From Candidatus Hydrogenedentota bacterium (GTDB taxonomy: Bacteria > Hydrogenedentota > Hydrogenedentia > Hydrogenedentales > JAEUWI01), in contig JAXMOL010000006.1 in NCBI GenBank assembly GCA_034669905.1, positions 64,001 through 128,000 on the forward strand: a stretch of 64,000 nt of DNA. Reading direction: 5' to 3'. The position numbers were made by a program, and so were the translations under genes. Below the pieces are notes generated by a model, which searched no databases, was not told where the DNA came from, and saw nothing but the letters and a program-made list of their open reading frames with translations. Shown piece by piece: positions 50,032-59,156 of the stretch (positions are counted from its first letter, which is position 1; each line of letters starts with the position of its first letter).

Positions 50032-50520
50032 ATGTACTATGGCGAATCACAAACCAGCTTGGACGAAAAGGGCCGGATCACCGTACCCCGTCAGTTTCGT
50101 ATCTTGATGGAGTCGATGGACCATGATACGTGGTACATGACCCGCGGTTTTGATGGTGCCATCTTCTTGTTTCCCTCCGAAGAATGGAAAAAGCTCAAGG
50201 ATCTGGGTAGTGGTCACAGCCCCCTTGACCCACGCATGTTGGATTTCCGTCGGATGTTTGTCGGGAGCGCCACGAAGGTGAAACAGGATAAGGCCGGTCG
50301 CTTTGCGGTGCCGGCATTGTTGCGGGAGTACGCGGGTCTGGAGAAGGACGGCGTATTACTCGGCGTGGATGACCATCTGGAGTTGTGGAGTAAGGAAGGC
50401 TGGTGCGCTTTCCAGCGGCAACAGATGGCCCAGTATAAAGAAATGGCCTCAGCGCTATTTGCGTCGGCATCGTCTGGCGCGAGCACAACGGAAGGAGTGG
50501 AGCGGGATGTTGAAAATTGA
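50032..50520 (+). CDS. mraZ: Division/cell wall cluster repressor MraZ
   Basis: Two DxxGR motifs (DEKGR, DKAGR), LREYAGL, HLELWS. Confidence 0.96.
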   Translation: MYYGESQTSLDEKGRITVPRQFRILMESMDHDTWYMTRGFDGAIFLFPSEEWKKLKDLGSGHSPLDPRMLDFRRMFVGSATKVKQDKAGRFAVPALLREYAGLEKDGVLLGVDDHLELWSKEGWCAFQRQQMAQYKEMASALFASASSGASTTEGVERDVEN

Positions 50521-50854
50521 TTCCTATGAACAGAATGGTTGCATGGTGATGCAGTTGGACGGCGACATCGATGAAGACGGCATGAATGTGCTGCGTCTGA
50601 GTCTGATGGAGTGTATCCAGGCCCAGAAGTGCAACGTGGTGGTGAATCTGGCGTCGGTGAAGTTTGTGAGCTACATGGGCGTTGGTGTGCTCGTGGAGCG
50701 TCTGCGTCAACTTCGCGCCTGCAATGGCGACCTGAAGCTGACCGGTGTCAACCTCTATACGGAGCGTCTGTTCCGCATGGTAGGCATCACCAATGTATTT
50801 GATACCTACGCGACCGAAGCCCTCGCGTTAAAGGCCTTTGCCGAAGCGGCCTGA
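50507..50854 (+). CDS. STAS domain protein (anti-sigma factor antagonist family)
   Basis: LDGDID...VVVNLASVKFVSYMGVGVL...GDLKL...LFRMVG; overlaps mraZ stop; GGAG RBS. Confidence 0.9.
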   Translation: MLKIDSYEQNGCMVMQLDGDIDEDGMNVLRLSLMECIQAQKCNVVVNLASVKFVSYMGVGVLVERLRQLRACNGDLKLTGVNLYTERLFRMVGITNVFDTYATEALALKAFAEAA

Positions 50855-50936
50855 GCCCCTTGCGGGAAGTGCGTTGATTCAGGGATGGGTTCTCCCACAC
50901 GGACGTGGGTCTATTCCGCAATAAGGAAGTCACTCC

Positions 50937-51863
50937 GTGTCCCACACGTCTGTTATGGCCGAAGAAGCCTTACACTGGCTGGCCATTCGGCCGGACGGGA
51001 TTTACGTGGATGGCACGGCCGGAGCGGGTGGGCATTCGGCCCTGATTGCGGCACAGCTCACGACCGGTCGCCTGATTGCCCTGGACCGCGATCCTTCTGC
51101 GGTGGCCCTGGCCTCGGAGCGGCTGGCGGAATTTCCCCAGGCGCAGGTGGTGCGGGCGGAATATTCCGACCTGGTGGAAACCCTGGCGGGCCTCGGGGTA
51201 TCCAAGGTAGACGGTGTATTGATTGATGCCGGGTGTTCGAGTATGCAAATCGACACGGCCTCCCGCGGCTTTTCCTTTCAGGTCGATGGTCCGTTGGACA
51301 TGCGCATGGACCCGGATAACGGTGAGTCGGCGTCGGCCATGCTGCGCCGCCTGAGCGAAACAGAAATTGAAACGTTGCTCCGCGAATATGGTGACGTGGG
51401 CCCCGCCGGTCGCATTGCGAGCCGTCTAAAGGCCCGGGCCATGGCGGGCACGTTGGAAACCACCGATGCGTTGTGCGAAGCCATCGCCGAAGCGCTGCCC
51501 TTTGTTTCCGGGACTCCGGATGAAGTGCGCACGGTCTTCCAGGCGATACGCATTGCGGTGAATGATGAGTTGAATGGATTACGGCGGGGCATCGAAGGTG
51601 CCCTGGACTGTCTCCGCGAAGGGGGGCGCCTGGTGGTTATCTCCTTTCATTCTGGAGAGGACCGGGTGGTGAAGCAACTCATGCGAGAAGCCTCCCGAAA
51701 GAAACGTCACCTTCATCCCGACGGCCGCGTCAAGTCCGTAGAGCCTGCACGACTCAAGGTGTTGACCCCGGGACCGGTGGCCGCCAGTGATGCCGAGTGT
51801 GCGCGGAATTCCCGATCCCGCAGCGCCAAACTTCGGGCGGCAGTACGATTTACGAAAGCATAG
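50937..51863 (+). CDS. rsmH: 16S rRNA m4C1402 methyltransferase
   Basis: HTSVM, DGTAGAGGHS, RGFSF, PLDMRM, FQAIRIAVN, ISFHSGED, RSRSAKLR. Confidence 0.97.
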   Translation: MSHTSVMAEEALHWLAIRPDGIYVDGTAGAGGHSALIAAQLTTGRLIALDRDPSAVALASERLAEFPQAQVVRAEYSDLVETLAGLGVSKVDGVLIDAGCSSMQIDTASRGFSFQVDGPLDMRMDPDNGESASAMLRRLSETEIETLLREYGDVGPAGRIASRLKARAMAGTLETTDALCEAIAEALPFVSGTPDEVRTVFQAIRIAVNDELNGLRRGIEGALDCLREGGRLVVISFHSGEDRVVKQLMREASRKKRHLHPDGRVKSVEPARLKVLTPGPVAASDAECARNSRSRSAKLRAAVRFTKA

Positions 51864-51879
51864 GAAAGGAGCGTGGAAT

Positions 51880-52575
51880 ATGGGTGGTCTGATGGCACGA
51901 CGCCAACGCCGCATGTTACGGGGCTGGATCAAGTGGATTCCGGTGGTGGTCATTCCCTTTTCAGTACTCTTTACCCACGCCTGGCTGAACATCGAAATTC
52001 TTCGTGCAGACTACGTGCTGCGTGAACTCGATAAGGAATCCCGTCGGCTGCAGGAAGAACTCCGTCACGCGGGTATTGCCCAGTCCGATCAGGAAGTGCT
52101 GGAAATCCTTGCGGCCCAGGCCCTGGAAATGGATTTCGTGGATCCCAAGCCGGGGCAGCAGGAACTCATCCTCTACGATCCGGCCGCCTTCCTGTCTCAC
52201 CCGGATGAGCAGGTTTTTGAGATGGCCCACCGGGAGGAGGCTCCCCCGGAGCCTGCCGTGATTTCACCCACGTTGTCGACACCGGTAGCCGAGCCCGCGG
52301 CGCCCCTGACGGAGGCCCCGCTTAACGCAGTAGTGGCCGCCCCGGAAGAAGTCATCGAAACGACCACGCCCGAGTCGCTGGAATCCACGGCCCCCGTTGC
52401 TCCTGTCGAGGAGTCCCCGGTTTGGCTGACGGTCGACGAATCAGCCGATACGGAGTTCGCCCTTCCGGAGCCGGCTCCGGAAAAACCCACGGTCGTGCTC
52501 GAATTGCCGGAAGATGCCTATATGGAAGAGCTTCCGGGTGTTGAGGCCGATATGGGCACCCTGGAAGTGCTATAG
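51880..52575 (+). CDS. ftsL: FtsL-like protein with long acidic, Pro-rich C-terminal tail
   Basis: Position between rsmH and ftsI; short basic N-terminus, TM helix, coiled coil, A..LEMDF..P motif. Confidence 0.65.
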   Translation: MGGLMARRQRRMLRGWIKWIPVVVIPFSVLFTHAWLNIEILRADYVLRELDKESRRLQEELRHAGIAQSDQEVLEILAAQALEMDFVDPKPGQQELILYDPAAFLSHPDEQVFEMAHREEAPPEPAVISPTLSTPVAEPAAPLTEAPLNAVVAAPEEVIETTTPESLESTAPVAPVEESPVWLTVDESADTEFALPEPAPEKPTVVLELPEDAYMEELPGVEADMGTLEVL

Positions 52576-52663
52576 ACGACCCTGGACGACGGTCCACAGA
52601 CCACTTACGCAGCGGGTTTTAACCCTGACCTGACGGCTGCCGCGCAATAGGAGAAACGAAGAG

Positions 52664-54847
52664 ATGATGCAGCGCAGACCAGGTGAGCGAGCCGACGCTC
52701 CCGCTCCCTACGGCAATCCCCTTTCGGATTTACAACGGCGACGCCTTCGCCTTATCCTGGCGGCCTTTGTCTTTGGCTTCTCTATCGTCGCGGTACGGCT
52801 TCATATGGTGCACCTTGTCCCCAATGATGCCCTGGACGTAGAAGAGGCCAAGCACATCGGCGAAACGATCCTCACGGCACCACGGGGCGACATCTACGAT
52901 CGGAATGCCAACGTCAAGCTGGCGACCAATCGCAAGGTGCCTTCGCTCTGGGTGGACGCAACGACCGTCACCGATCCGGAACACTTTGCCGCATCTGTTG
53001 CGGGGGCGTTGGGCCTGGATGAAGGGGAACTGCTGCGTCGTATCAACGAACGGACCGATTCGGGAAAGGCCTACAAGTTTAAGTGGGTCAAGCGTTGGAT
53101 TTCTGAAGAGGCCCACATGAAGGCGCTGGAGCATCTCCTCGAAGAATGGGAGGGGGTCCTCCATGTCCGGGAAGAATCCATTCGCCACTATCCGCAGCGG
53201 GGCGCGGCGGCCCACTTGCTGGGTTTTGTCAACCGCAACGGAGATGCCTCCGAAGGCCTGGAGCTCACGTTCGATGAGCATCTGCGGAGTGAGGCGGGCG
53301 TCTATCGGACCCGGAAAGACTCGGCCCAACGGCTGCTTGATTCCCGCGTGCTGGAGTACACGCCGGCCAAGACGGGGGAATCGGTACAGCTCACCATCGA
53401 TGTCAATATGCAGCACGAGCTTGAGCAGGCCCTGGATGCCCGGATGGAGGAGTGCAAATCACCCGAGGGTATGGGGGTGCTCATGGATCCCTATACGGGG
53501 GCGATCTATGCCATGGCATCCCGGCCGGCCTACGATCCGAATTTCTACGACTCCTACGAAGCGGATGCCCGGCGGAACAAGGCCATAACGGACTACTTCG
53601 AACCGGGATCGGCTTTTAAGATTGTAACCGCGGCGGCGGCGATAGAGGAGCGGCTGATCACGCCGGAAACCCTCATCGACTGTGAAAACGGGGGCTTCAA
53701 TCCGTACGGCCACTATGTGCGCGACTTCCACCCCCATGGCGTGATTCCCTTTTCCACCTGTTTCGAAGAATCGAGTAACGTGGCCATCATCAAAGTGGCC
53801 CGCATGCTGGGGCCGGAACGGCTCGACAAGTGGATGCGCGAATTTGGTTTTGGCGTGCCGACGAGCCGTGATTTCCCCCGGGGCGCGGAAAGCCCGGGCG
53901 TGCTCCGTGCCCGCAAGAATTGGAATGGCCTTTCGATGGGCTCCTTGCCCATGGGCCAGGAAGTGGGGGTGACCCTGCTCCAGTTGGCCCGTTCCTTCGC
54001 GGTAGTGGCCAATGGTGGCATGTTGGTCGAGCCCTACTATGTGGAGCGTGCCCTCGCGGCCGATGGTTCGGTGACCTACCAGCACGAGGCTCCGGAAGCC
54101 CATCGGGTCATTTCAGAGTCGACGTCGGCCATCATGCGGGACTTGTGCCACAAGGTGGTTCAGAACGGTACCGCCAAAGATCGGGCCAATATTAAAGAGT
54201 ATACCGTGGGCGGGAAAACCGGCACGGCCCAGATGCTCAGCAAGTCGGGCCGCGGCTACAGCAAGGACCGTTACACGACCGTCTTTGCCGGCTTTGCACC
54301 GGTAACGAATCCACGCATCGTCTGCGTTATTGTCATCAAGGAACCGATGATCCGACAGCACTGGGGCGGCTATGTCTGCGGCCCGGTCTTTCGGGATGTC
54401 GTGCGCGATGCCCTCATCCGGCTGAACGTTCCGCCGGACCAGGAATTCGAAGACGATGAGGCGGTGGAGGTGCAGGTGGCGCGGGCGAGTTCACCGGGAG
54501 AAATCAAAGGTGAAGATGGGGATACCATGACCAGCCGTCTGAGCGATGCCCAGATCATGGAGCTGGAACTTGCCATGGAAGACCAGTTGGAAAGCCTGGA
54601 TGGCCTGGAACTAACCCGCCCCATCGGGGATGTAGAAGTAGGTGCACCGACCTTGCCGGACCTGACGGGCATGAGCAAGGGCGAGGCCCATCGGAAGTTG
54701 CGTGAACTGGGTATTCCCTGGGATCCCCAGGGGGTCGGTTGGGTGGTTTCCCAGCGGCCTGCGGCGGGTACGCCCGTTGCTGCGGTGCAAATGTGCGCCC
54801 TGGAGTTTTCGCGTACGAAGTCGGAGCCGGAAGATGAACCATCTTGA
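52664..54847 (+). CDS. ftsI: Class B penicillin-binding protein with C-terminal PASTA domain
   Basis: PRGDIYDRN, RHYP, GLE, active-site SAFK, SSN, KTGT; PASTA LPDLTGM...SQRPAAG. Confidence 0.93.
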   Translation: MMQRRPGERADAPAPYGNPLSDLQRRRLRLILAAFVFGFSIVAVRLHMVHLVPNDALDVEEAKHIGETILTAPRGDIYDRNANVKLATNRKVPSLWVDATTVTDPEHFAASVAGALGLDEGELLRRINERTDSGKAYKFKWVKRWISEEAHMKALEHLLEEWEGVLHVREESIRHYPQRGAAAHLLGFVNRNGDASEGLELTFDEHLRSEAGVYRTRKDSAQRLLDSRVLEYTPAKTGESVQLTIDVNMQHELEQALDARMEECKSPEGMGVLMDPYTGAIYAMASRPAYDPNFYDSYEADARRNKAITDYFEPGSAFKIVTAAAAIEERLITPETLIDCENGGFNPYGHYVRDFHPHGVIPFSTCFEESSNVAIIKVARMLGPERLDKWMREFGFGVPTSRDFPRGAESPGVLRARKNWNGLSMGSLPMGQEVGVTLLQLARSFAVVANGGMLVEPYYVERALAADGSVTYQHEAPEAHRVISESTSAIMRDLCHKVVQNGTAKDRANIKEYTVGGKTGTAQMLSKSGRGYSKDRYTTVFAGFAPVTNPRIVCVIVIKEPMIRQHWGGYVCGPVFRDVVRDALIRLNVPPDQEFEDDEAVEVQVARASSPGEIKGEDGDTMTSRLSDAQIMELELAMEDQLESLDGLELTRPIGDVEVGAPTLPDLTGMSKGEAHRKLRELGIPWDPQGVGWVVSQRPAAGTPVAAVQMCALEFSRTKSEPEDEPS

Positions 54848-56300
54848 AATCAGTGACCTGCTGGGGTTACCCGACTCGGCCTTGCCCGAGTTGGAAGCCA
54901 CGGGCATATCCGAAGACTCCCGCCTCGTAAAGCCGGGGGATATTTTTGTGGCGGTTACGGGAGAACACGTGGATGGCCACGATTTCGCCTCCGACGCCGT
55001 GAGTGCCGGAGCGGTGGCTGTATTGGGCGACCGGGCCGGGATCCACCGTCTGGAGGGATGCCCCTACCTTTTTTCACCGCACCCCCGGGAAGCGGAGGCC
55101 TTGCTCGCCCACCGTCTGGCCGGGAATCCCACCGAGACCCTGACGGTCATCGGCATTACCGGCACCAACGGCAAGTCGAGTACCGCATCGCTCACCCAGG
55201 CTATCTTGCGTGAGGCGGGTTTTCCGACGAGCAACTATGGCACCATGGGCTATGAAATCGGGGGCACCCTGTTGCCCGCGCCCCATACGACCCCCTTTGG
55301 TGATGAGCTGGCCCGATTGCTGGCCCAGTCGTTGCAGGCGGGCGACACCCATGTGGTGATGGAAGTCAGCTCCCACGCGTTGGACCAGGAGCGGGTAGCG
55401 GGGATTCGCTTCACGGCGGCAGCCTTTACCAACCTGACCCAGGATCATCTGGACTACCATGAAACCATGGACGCCTATCGGGACGCTAAGCTCAAGCTAT
55501 TCAAGCGTATTCAGGGCGAAGGGACCTTCACCGTCGTTAATAAGGCGGACCCCTCGGGCGCAGCCTTTGAGGCCGCCTCCCCCGTTGCCACGGTGACCTA
55601 CGGGACGGATGGCGTCATTCGGGTACGGGACATCCGGCTGGGTATGAAAGATACCCGTTTTACGCTGGTAGCGCCCGGTGGTGAAATCGATGTGGTCATC
55701 CAACTGCTTGGACATCATAATATTCAGAACGCGCTCTGTGCTGCGGGCATTGCCCACGGTCTCGGCATCGACCTTCCCACCATCGCGGCTGGCCTGGGAC
55801 GGGTCGAACGGGTGCCGGGACGCTTCGAGGGAATCGATGCGGGCCAGGATTTTTTTGTGGTGGTCGATTATGCCCACACGGAAGACGGTTTGAAGAATGT
55901 GCTGGAAGCCGCCCGGCACCTGTGCAAAGGACGTATCATCACGGTCTTCGGCTGTGGTGGCGATCGCGACCGCGGGAAGCGCCCCAAAATGGGGAAGGTG
56001 GCCGGGGCCATGAGTACTTTCTGTGTGCTCACGTCGGACAATCCGCGTAGCGAAGACCCCAAGCGCATTCTGCTGGACGTAGAGGTGGGCCTTCAGAAGG
56101 CGGGCTGTACCAAGGACGATGACTACGTGACCATAGAGAACCGCGCCGAGGCTATCCGGCATGCCATCCAGATGGCGGAGAAGGGGGACCTGGTCTTGAT
56201 TGCCGGTAAAGGACACGAGGACTACCAGATTCTGGCCCACGAAACCATCCATTTTGATGACCGCGAAGTGGCCCTGGAAGTGCTCGGAGGCCGGAGCTGA
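54834..56300 (+). CDS. murE: UDP-MurNAc-tripeptide ligase (meso-DAP type)
   Basis: ITGTNGKSS, MEVSSH, DHLDYH, DYAHT, DNPR, AGKGHE. Confidence 0.96.
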   Translation: MNHLEISDLLGLPDSALPELEATGISEDSRLVKPGDIFVAVTGEHVDGHDFASDAVSAGAVAVLGDRAGIHRLEGCPYLFSPHPREAEALLAHRLAGNPTETLTVIGITGTNGKSSTASLTQAILREAGFPTSNYGTMGYEIGGTLLPAPHTTPFGDELARLLAQSLQAGDTHVVMEVSSHALDQERVAGIRFTAAAFTNLTQDHLDYHETMDAYRDAKLKLFKRIQGEGTFTVVNKADPSGAAFEAASPVATVTYGTDGVIRVRDIRLGMKDTRFTLVAPGGEIDVVIQLLGHHNIQNALCAAGIAHGLGIDLPTIAAGLGRVERVPGRFEGIDAGQDFFVVVDYAHTEDGLKNVLEAARHLCKGRIITVFGCGGDRDRGKRPKMGKVAGAMSTFCVLTSDNPRSEDPKRILLDVEVGLQKAGCTKDDDYVTIENRAEAIRHAIQMAEKGDLVLIAGKGHEDYQILAHETIHFDDREVALEVLGGRS

Positions 56301-57661
56301 TGGGGTGGTCTTATTCCGCTGACCAACTTGCTTCCTGGATTGGTTGCCCCGCACCCGCCGAGGCCCTCGAGAACATTACCGGCGTTTCGACCGATACCCG
56401 CACCCTGGCGGTGGGCGACGTGTATGTGGCCCTCAAGGGGCCAAATTTTGATGCGGAGAACTTTGTGGCCGCCGCCTTCGAGAAGGGCGCGTCGGCCGCG
56501 ATTTGTCAGCAGGAGCACCCGGAGGGGCCGTGTCTGGTGGTGCCTGATCCCCTGGCCGCCCTCCAACGATTCGCCTCGCGCCATCGGATGAGCCACGATA
56601 TCCCCGTGCTGGCCATTACCGGTTCCTGTGGGAAGACGACCGCGAAAGACCTGACGACGGCCCTGCTCGAAACACGTTACACCGTGATTAAGACCCAGGG
56701 AAACCTCAACAACGAAATCGGGTGTCCTTTGTCGTTGCTTCGCATTGACCGGGATACGACCTTTGCTGTCATTGAGATGGGGGCGAATCACGGGGGCGAG
56801 ATCGCCAATCTATGCCGCCTCGCACGCCCCACGGAAACGGCGGTCACGATGGTGGCCCCGGCGCACCTGGAGGGATTCGGCAGCATCGCCGATGTGGCGA
56901 AGGCGAAGGCCGAAATCGTGGACAACCTGGACGCGGACGGTCGTTTCTACCAGAATATGGACAACCCCTGGTGCCGGGACATGGCCAAGCATTTTGCGGG
57001 GGAGATCATCCGCTTTGGAAGCGAGGGGGACGTGGTGCTCCGTTCCTGTGACTTCGATGCCGAAGGGGAGTTGCTCCTCGATATCGATCCCATCGGGAAG
57101 CTGCGTCTGCCCTTGCCCGTGAAAGCCCATGCGACCAACGTGCTTCTGGCCGTGGCCGTGGCGTTGCAGCATGGTATCCAGGACTTCGAGGCACCGCTAC
57201 GCGCGGCCTGTGCGGCGGCGAGTCGCTTTAAGGTCTATCCCCTGGGGGGACTGGAAATCCTGGACGATACCTACAATGCGAATCCGTCGAGTATGAAGGC
57301 GGCCCTGGAGGCCCTGATGGATCGCCCCGGTAAGGGGCGCCGTATTGCGGTGCTGGGGGATATGCTGGAACTGGGGGAGGGTGCGTCGACCCTTCATCAG
57401 GAGTTGGGCGAGACCGTTGCTCGCCTGGGCGTAGACCATCTCTATACCTACGGTGCCCACGCCTGTGATATTATACGCGGCGCCCGCGAAGCCGGTCTCT
57501 CCGAGGCCGAGTCCTTTGACTCCCACCACGCGTTGGCTACCGCCCTCTTCCACGTCGCTGTTCCCGGTGACACCATTCTTTTGAAGGGATCCCGCGGCGT
57601 ACGCATGGAGCAGGTGGCGGGTGCCTTACAACAGCTTATCGCACCAGATGGTGGGGAGTAA
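56300..57661 (+). CDS. murF: UDP-MurNAc-tripeptide D-Ala-D-Ala ligase
   Basis: ITGSCGKTT, NNEIG, EMG, AHLEGF, DTYNANP, GDMLELG, KGSRG. Confidence 0.96.
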   Translation: MGWSYSADQLASWIGCPAPAEALENITGVSTDTRTLAVGDVYVALKGPNFDAENFVAAAFEKGASAAICQQEHPEGPCLVVPDPLAALQRFASRHRMSHDIPVLAITGSCGKTTAKDLTTALLETRYTVIKTQGNLNNEIGCPLSLLRIDRDTTFAVIEMGANHGGEIANLCRLARPTETAVTMVAPAHLEGFGSIADVAKAKAEIVDNLDADGRFYQNMDNPWCRDMAKHFAGEIIRFGSEGDVVLRSCDFDAEGELLLDIDPIGKLRLPLPVKAHATNVLLAVAVALQHGIQDFEAPLRAACAAASRFKVYPLGGLEILDDTYNANPSSMKAALEALMDRPGKGRRIAVLGDMLELGEGASTLHQELGETVARLGVDHLYTYGAHACDIIRGAREAGLSEAESFDSHHALATALFHVAVPGDTILLKGSRGVRMEQVAGALQQLIAPDGGE

Positions 57662-57674
57662 CCCGGTCGGACCC

Positions 57675-59156
57675 ATGATTTTTTATTTAACGCAAGCCTT
57701 TCTACCCTATTTTGATGCCCTCGATGTGTTTCGCTACCACACGGTTCGTGCGGGGGGCGCTGCCGTAACGGGCTTTCTGTTCTGCCTCCTCTTTGGCCCC
57801 AAGCTTATCGAGATGCTCCGTGCCCTGAAGGTTGGCCAGTTTATCAAAAAGGATCATGTGGCCGATCTGCATGCCCTGCATAAGGGGAAGGCGGGTACGC
57901 CCACCATGGGCGGTGCGATCATACTGCTCTCCACCGTGTTGTCGCTCTTGCTGTGGAGCACCCTCACCAACCGCCTGCTCTGGGTGGCCCTGGGCATGCT
58001 CCTGCTCCTGGGCATGGTGGGTTTTCTTGACGACTACATCAAGTTGCGGCGGAAGCACAACGACGGACTGAGCGCGCGGGCAAAGTTTGCGGGCCAGATT
58101 CTCAGTGGCGGGCTGCTCGGGCTCTACCTCCTCTTTTTCCCCATTACGGTCAGTGAGTCCTGGGTGGGGCCCCGGGATGTAAAGGACTGGGACGCCCTGG
58201 CGCACACGCTGATGGCCGCGAAAGATGCCCCGGAACCCTCGGTGGTCGGTCATATCTGGAACGAATTGAGTGAAGAAGATCAGGCCGTGTTGCGGTTGGC
58301 CACGGAAGTTCAGTTCTTGCCCCGGGAATACAAGTTCGATGTGCTCACGGGGATGAATCGGGTGCTGAGCACCCAGCGCCTGGAAGATTGTTTTGTTGTG
58401 GGCTCAACGGCACCGGCAGCGTTGGCCAAGCTCGCGGCCCGGGGTTTCGACGGGCTGAACCTGAAAGAGCAGGTGCGATACAACCGCCTGATACTGGAAG
58501 CGGCCATGCCGGGTATCCTGGCAAAAAGTGTCACCGATCTCCATACCAAAGTGGGTATCCCCGGCTTGAAAGACGTCTTCATACCCCTCGGGCCGTTCTA
58601 TGTGCTTTTCGTGATTTTAATTATTGTGGGCGTATCCAATGCCGTCAATCTCACCGATGGATTGGACGGCCTCGCAGCGGGCGTGTCTATCGTATCGATT
58701 CTAACCTTTGCGGCGATTGCCTACGTGGTGAGCCGGGCCGATTGGTCCTACTACCTGTACCTGACCTACATCCCTGAAGCCAGTGAACTGTTCGTTTTCG
58801 GTGCGGCGCTCCTGGGAACGGGACTCGGCTTTCTCTGGTTCAACGCCCACCCGGCAGAAGTTTTCATGGGGGACACGGGTTCCCTGGCGCTGGGCGGGGC
58901 CATTGGTACCATGGCCATTTTGACCAAGCAGGAACTACTGCTCCCTATCGTGGCCGGTCTCTTTGTGATGGAGGCCGGTAGTGTGTTGATCCAGGTTGGC
59001 TCCTACAAGCTCACGGGGAAGCGGGTCTTCCGTATGGCCCCACTGCACCACCATTTCGAGTTGCTCGGTTGGTCCGAAACCAAAGTCACGCTTCGATTCT
59101 GGATCATTGCCTTTATCTTCGCCCTGCTGAGCCTCACCACCCTGAAACTCCGATGA
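57675..59156 (+). CDS. mraY: Phospho-MurNAc-pentapeptide transferase with ~125-aa insertion
   Basis: KAGTPTMGG, GFLDDY, SNAVNLTDGLDGLA, FMGDTGS, MAPLHHHFE. Confidence 0.96.
   Translation: MIFYLTQAFLPYFDALDVFRYHTVRAGGAAVTGFLFCLLFGPKLIEMLRALKVGQFIKKDHVADLHALHKGKAGTPTMGGAIILLSTVLSLLLWSTLTNRLLWVALGMLLLLGMVGFLDDYIKLRRKHNDGLSARAKFAGQILSGGLLGLYLLFFPITVSESWVGPRDVKDWDALAHTLMAAKDAPEPSVVGHIWNELSEEDQAVLRLATEVQFLPREYKFDVLTGMNRVLSTQRLEDCFVVGSTAPAALAKLAARGFDGLNLKEQVRYNRLILEAAMPGILAKSVTDLHTKVGIPGLKDVFIPLGPFYVLFVILIIVGVSNAVNLTDGLDGLAAGVSIVSILTFAAIAYVVSRADWSYYLYLTYIPEASELFVFGAALLGTGLGFLWFNAHPAEVFMGDTGSLALGGAIGTMAILTKQELLLPIVAGLFVMEAGSVLIQVGSYKLTGKRVFRMAPLHHHFELLGWSETKVTLRFWIIAFIFALLSLTTLKLR

Noticed and set aside
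58150..58535. Intein in mraY
   Set aside because: No terminal His-Asn followed by Cys/Ser/Thr and no endonuclease motifs
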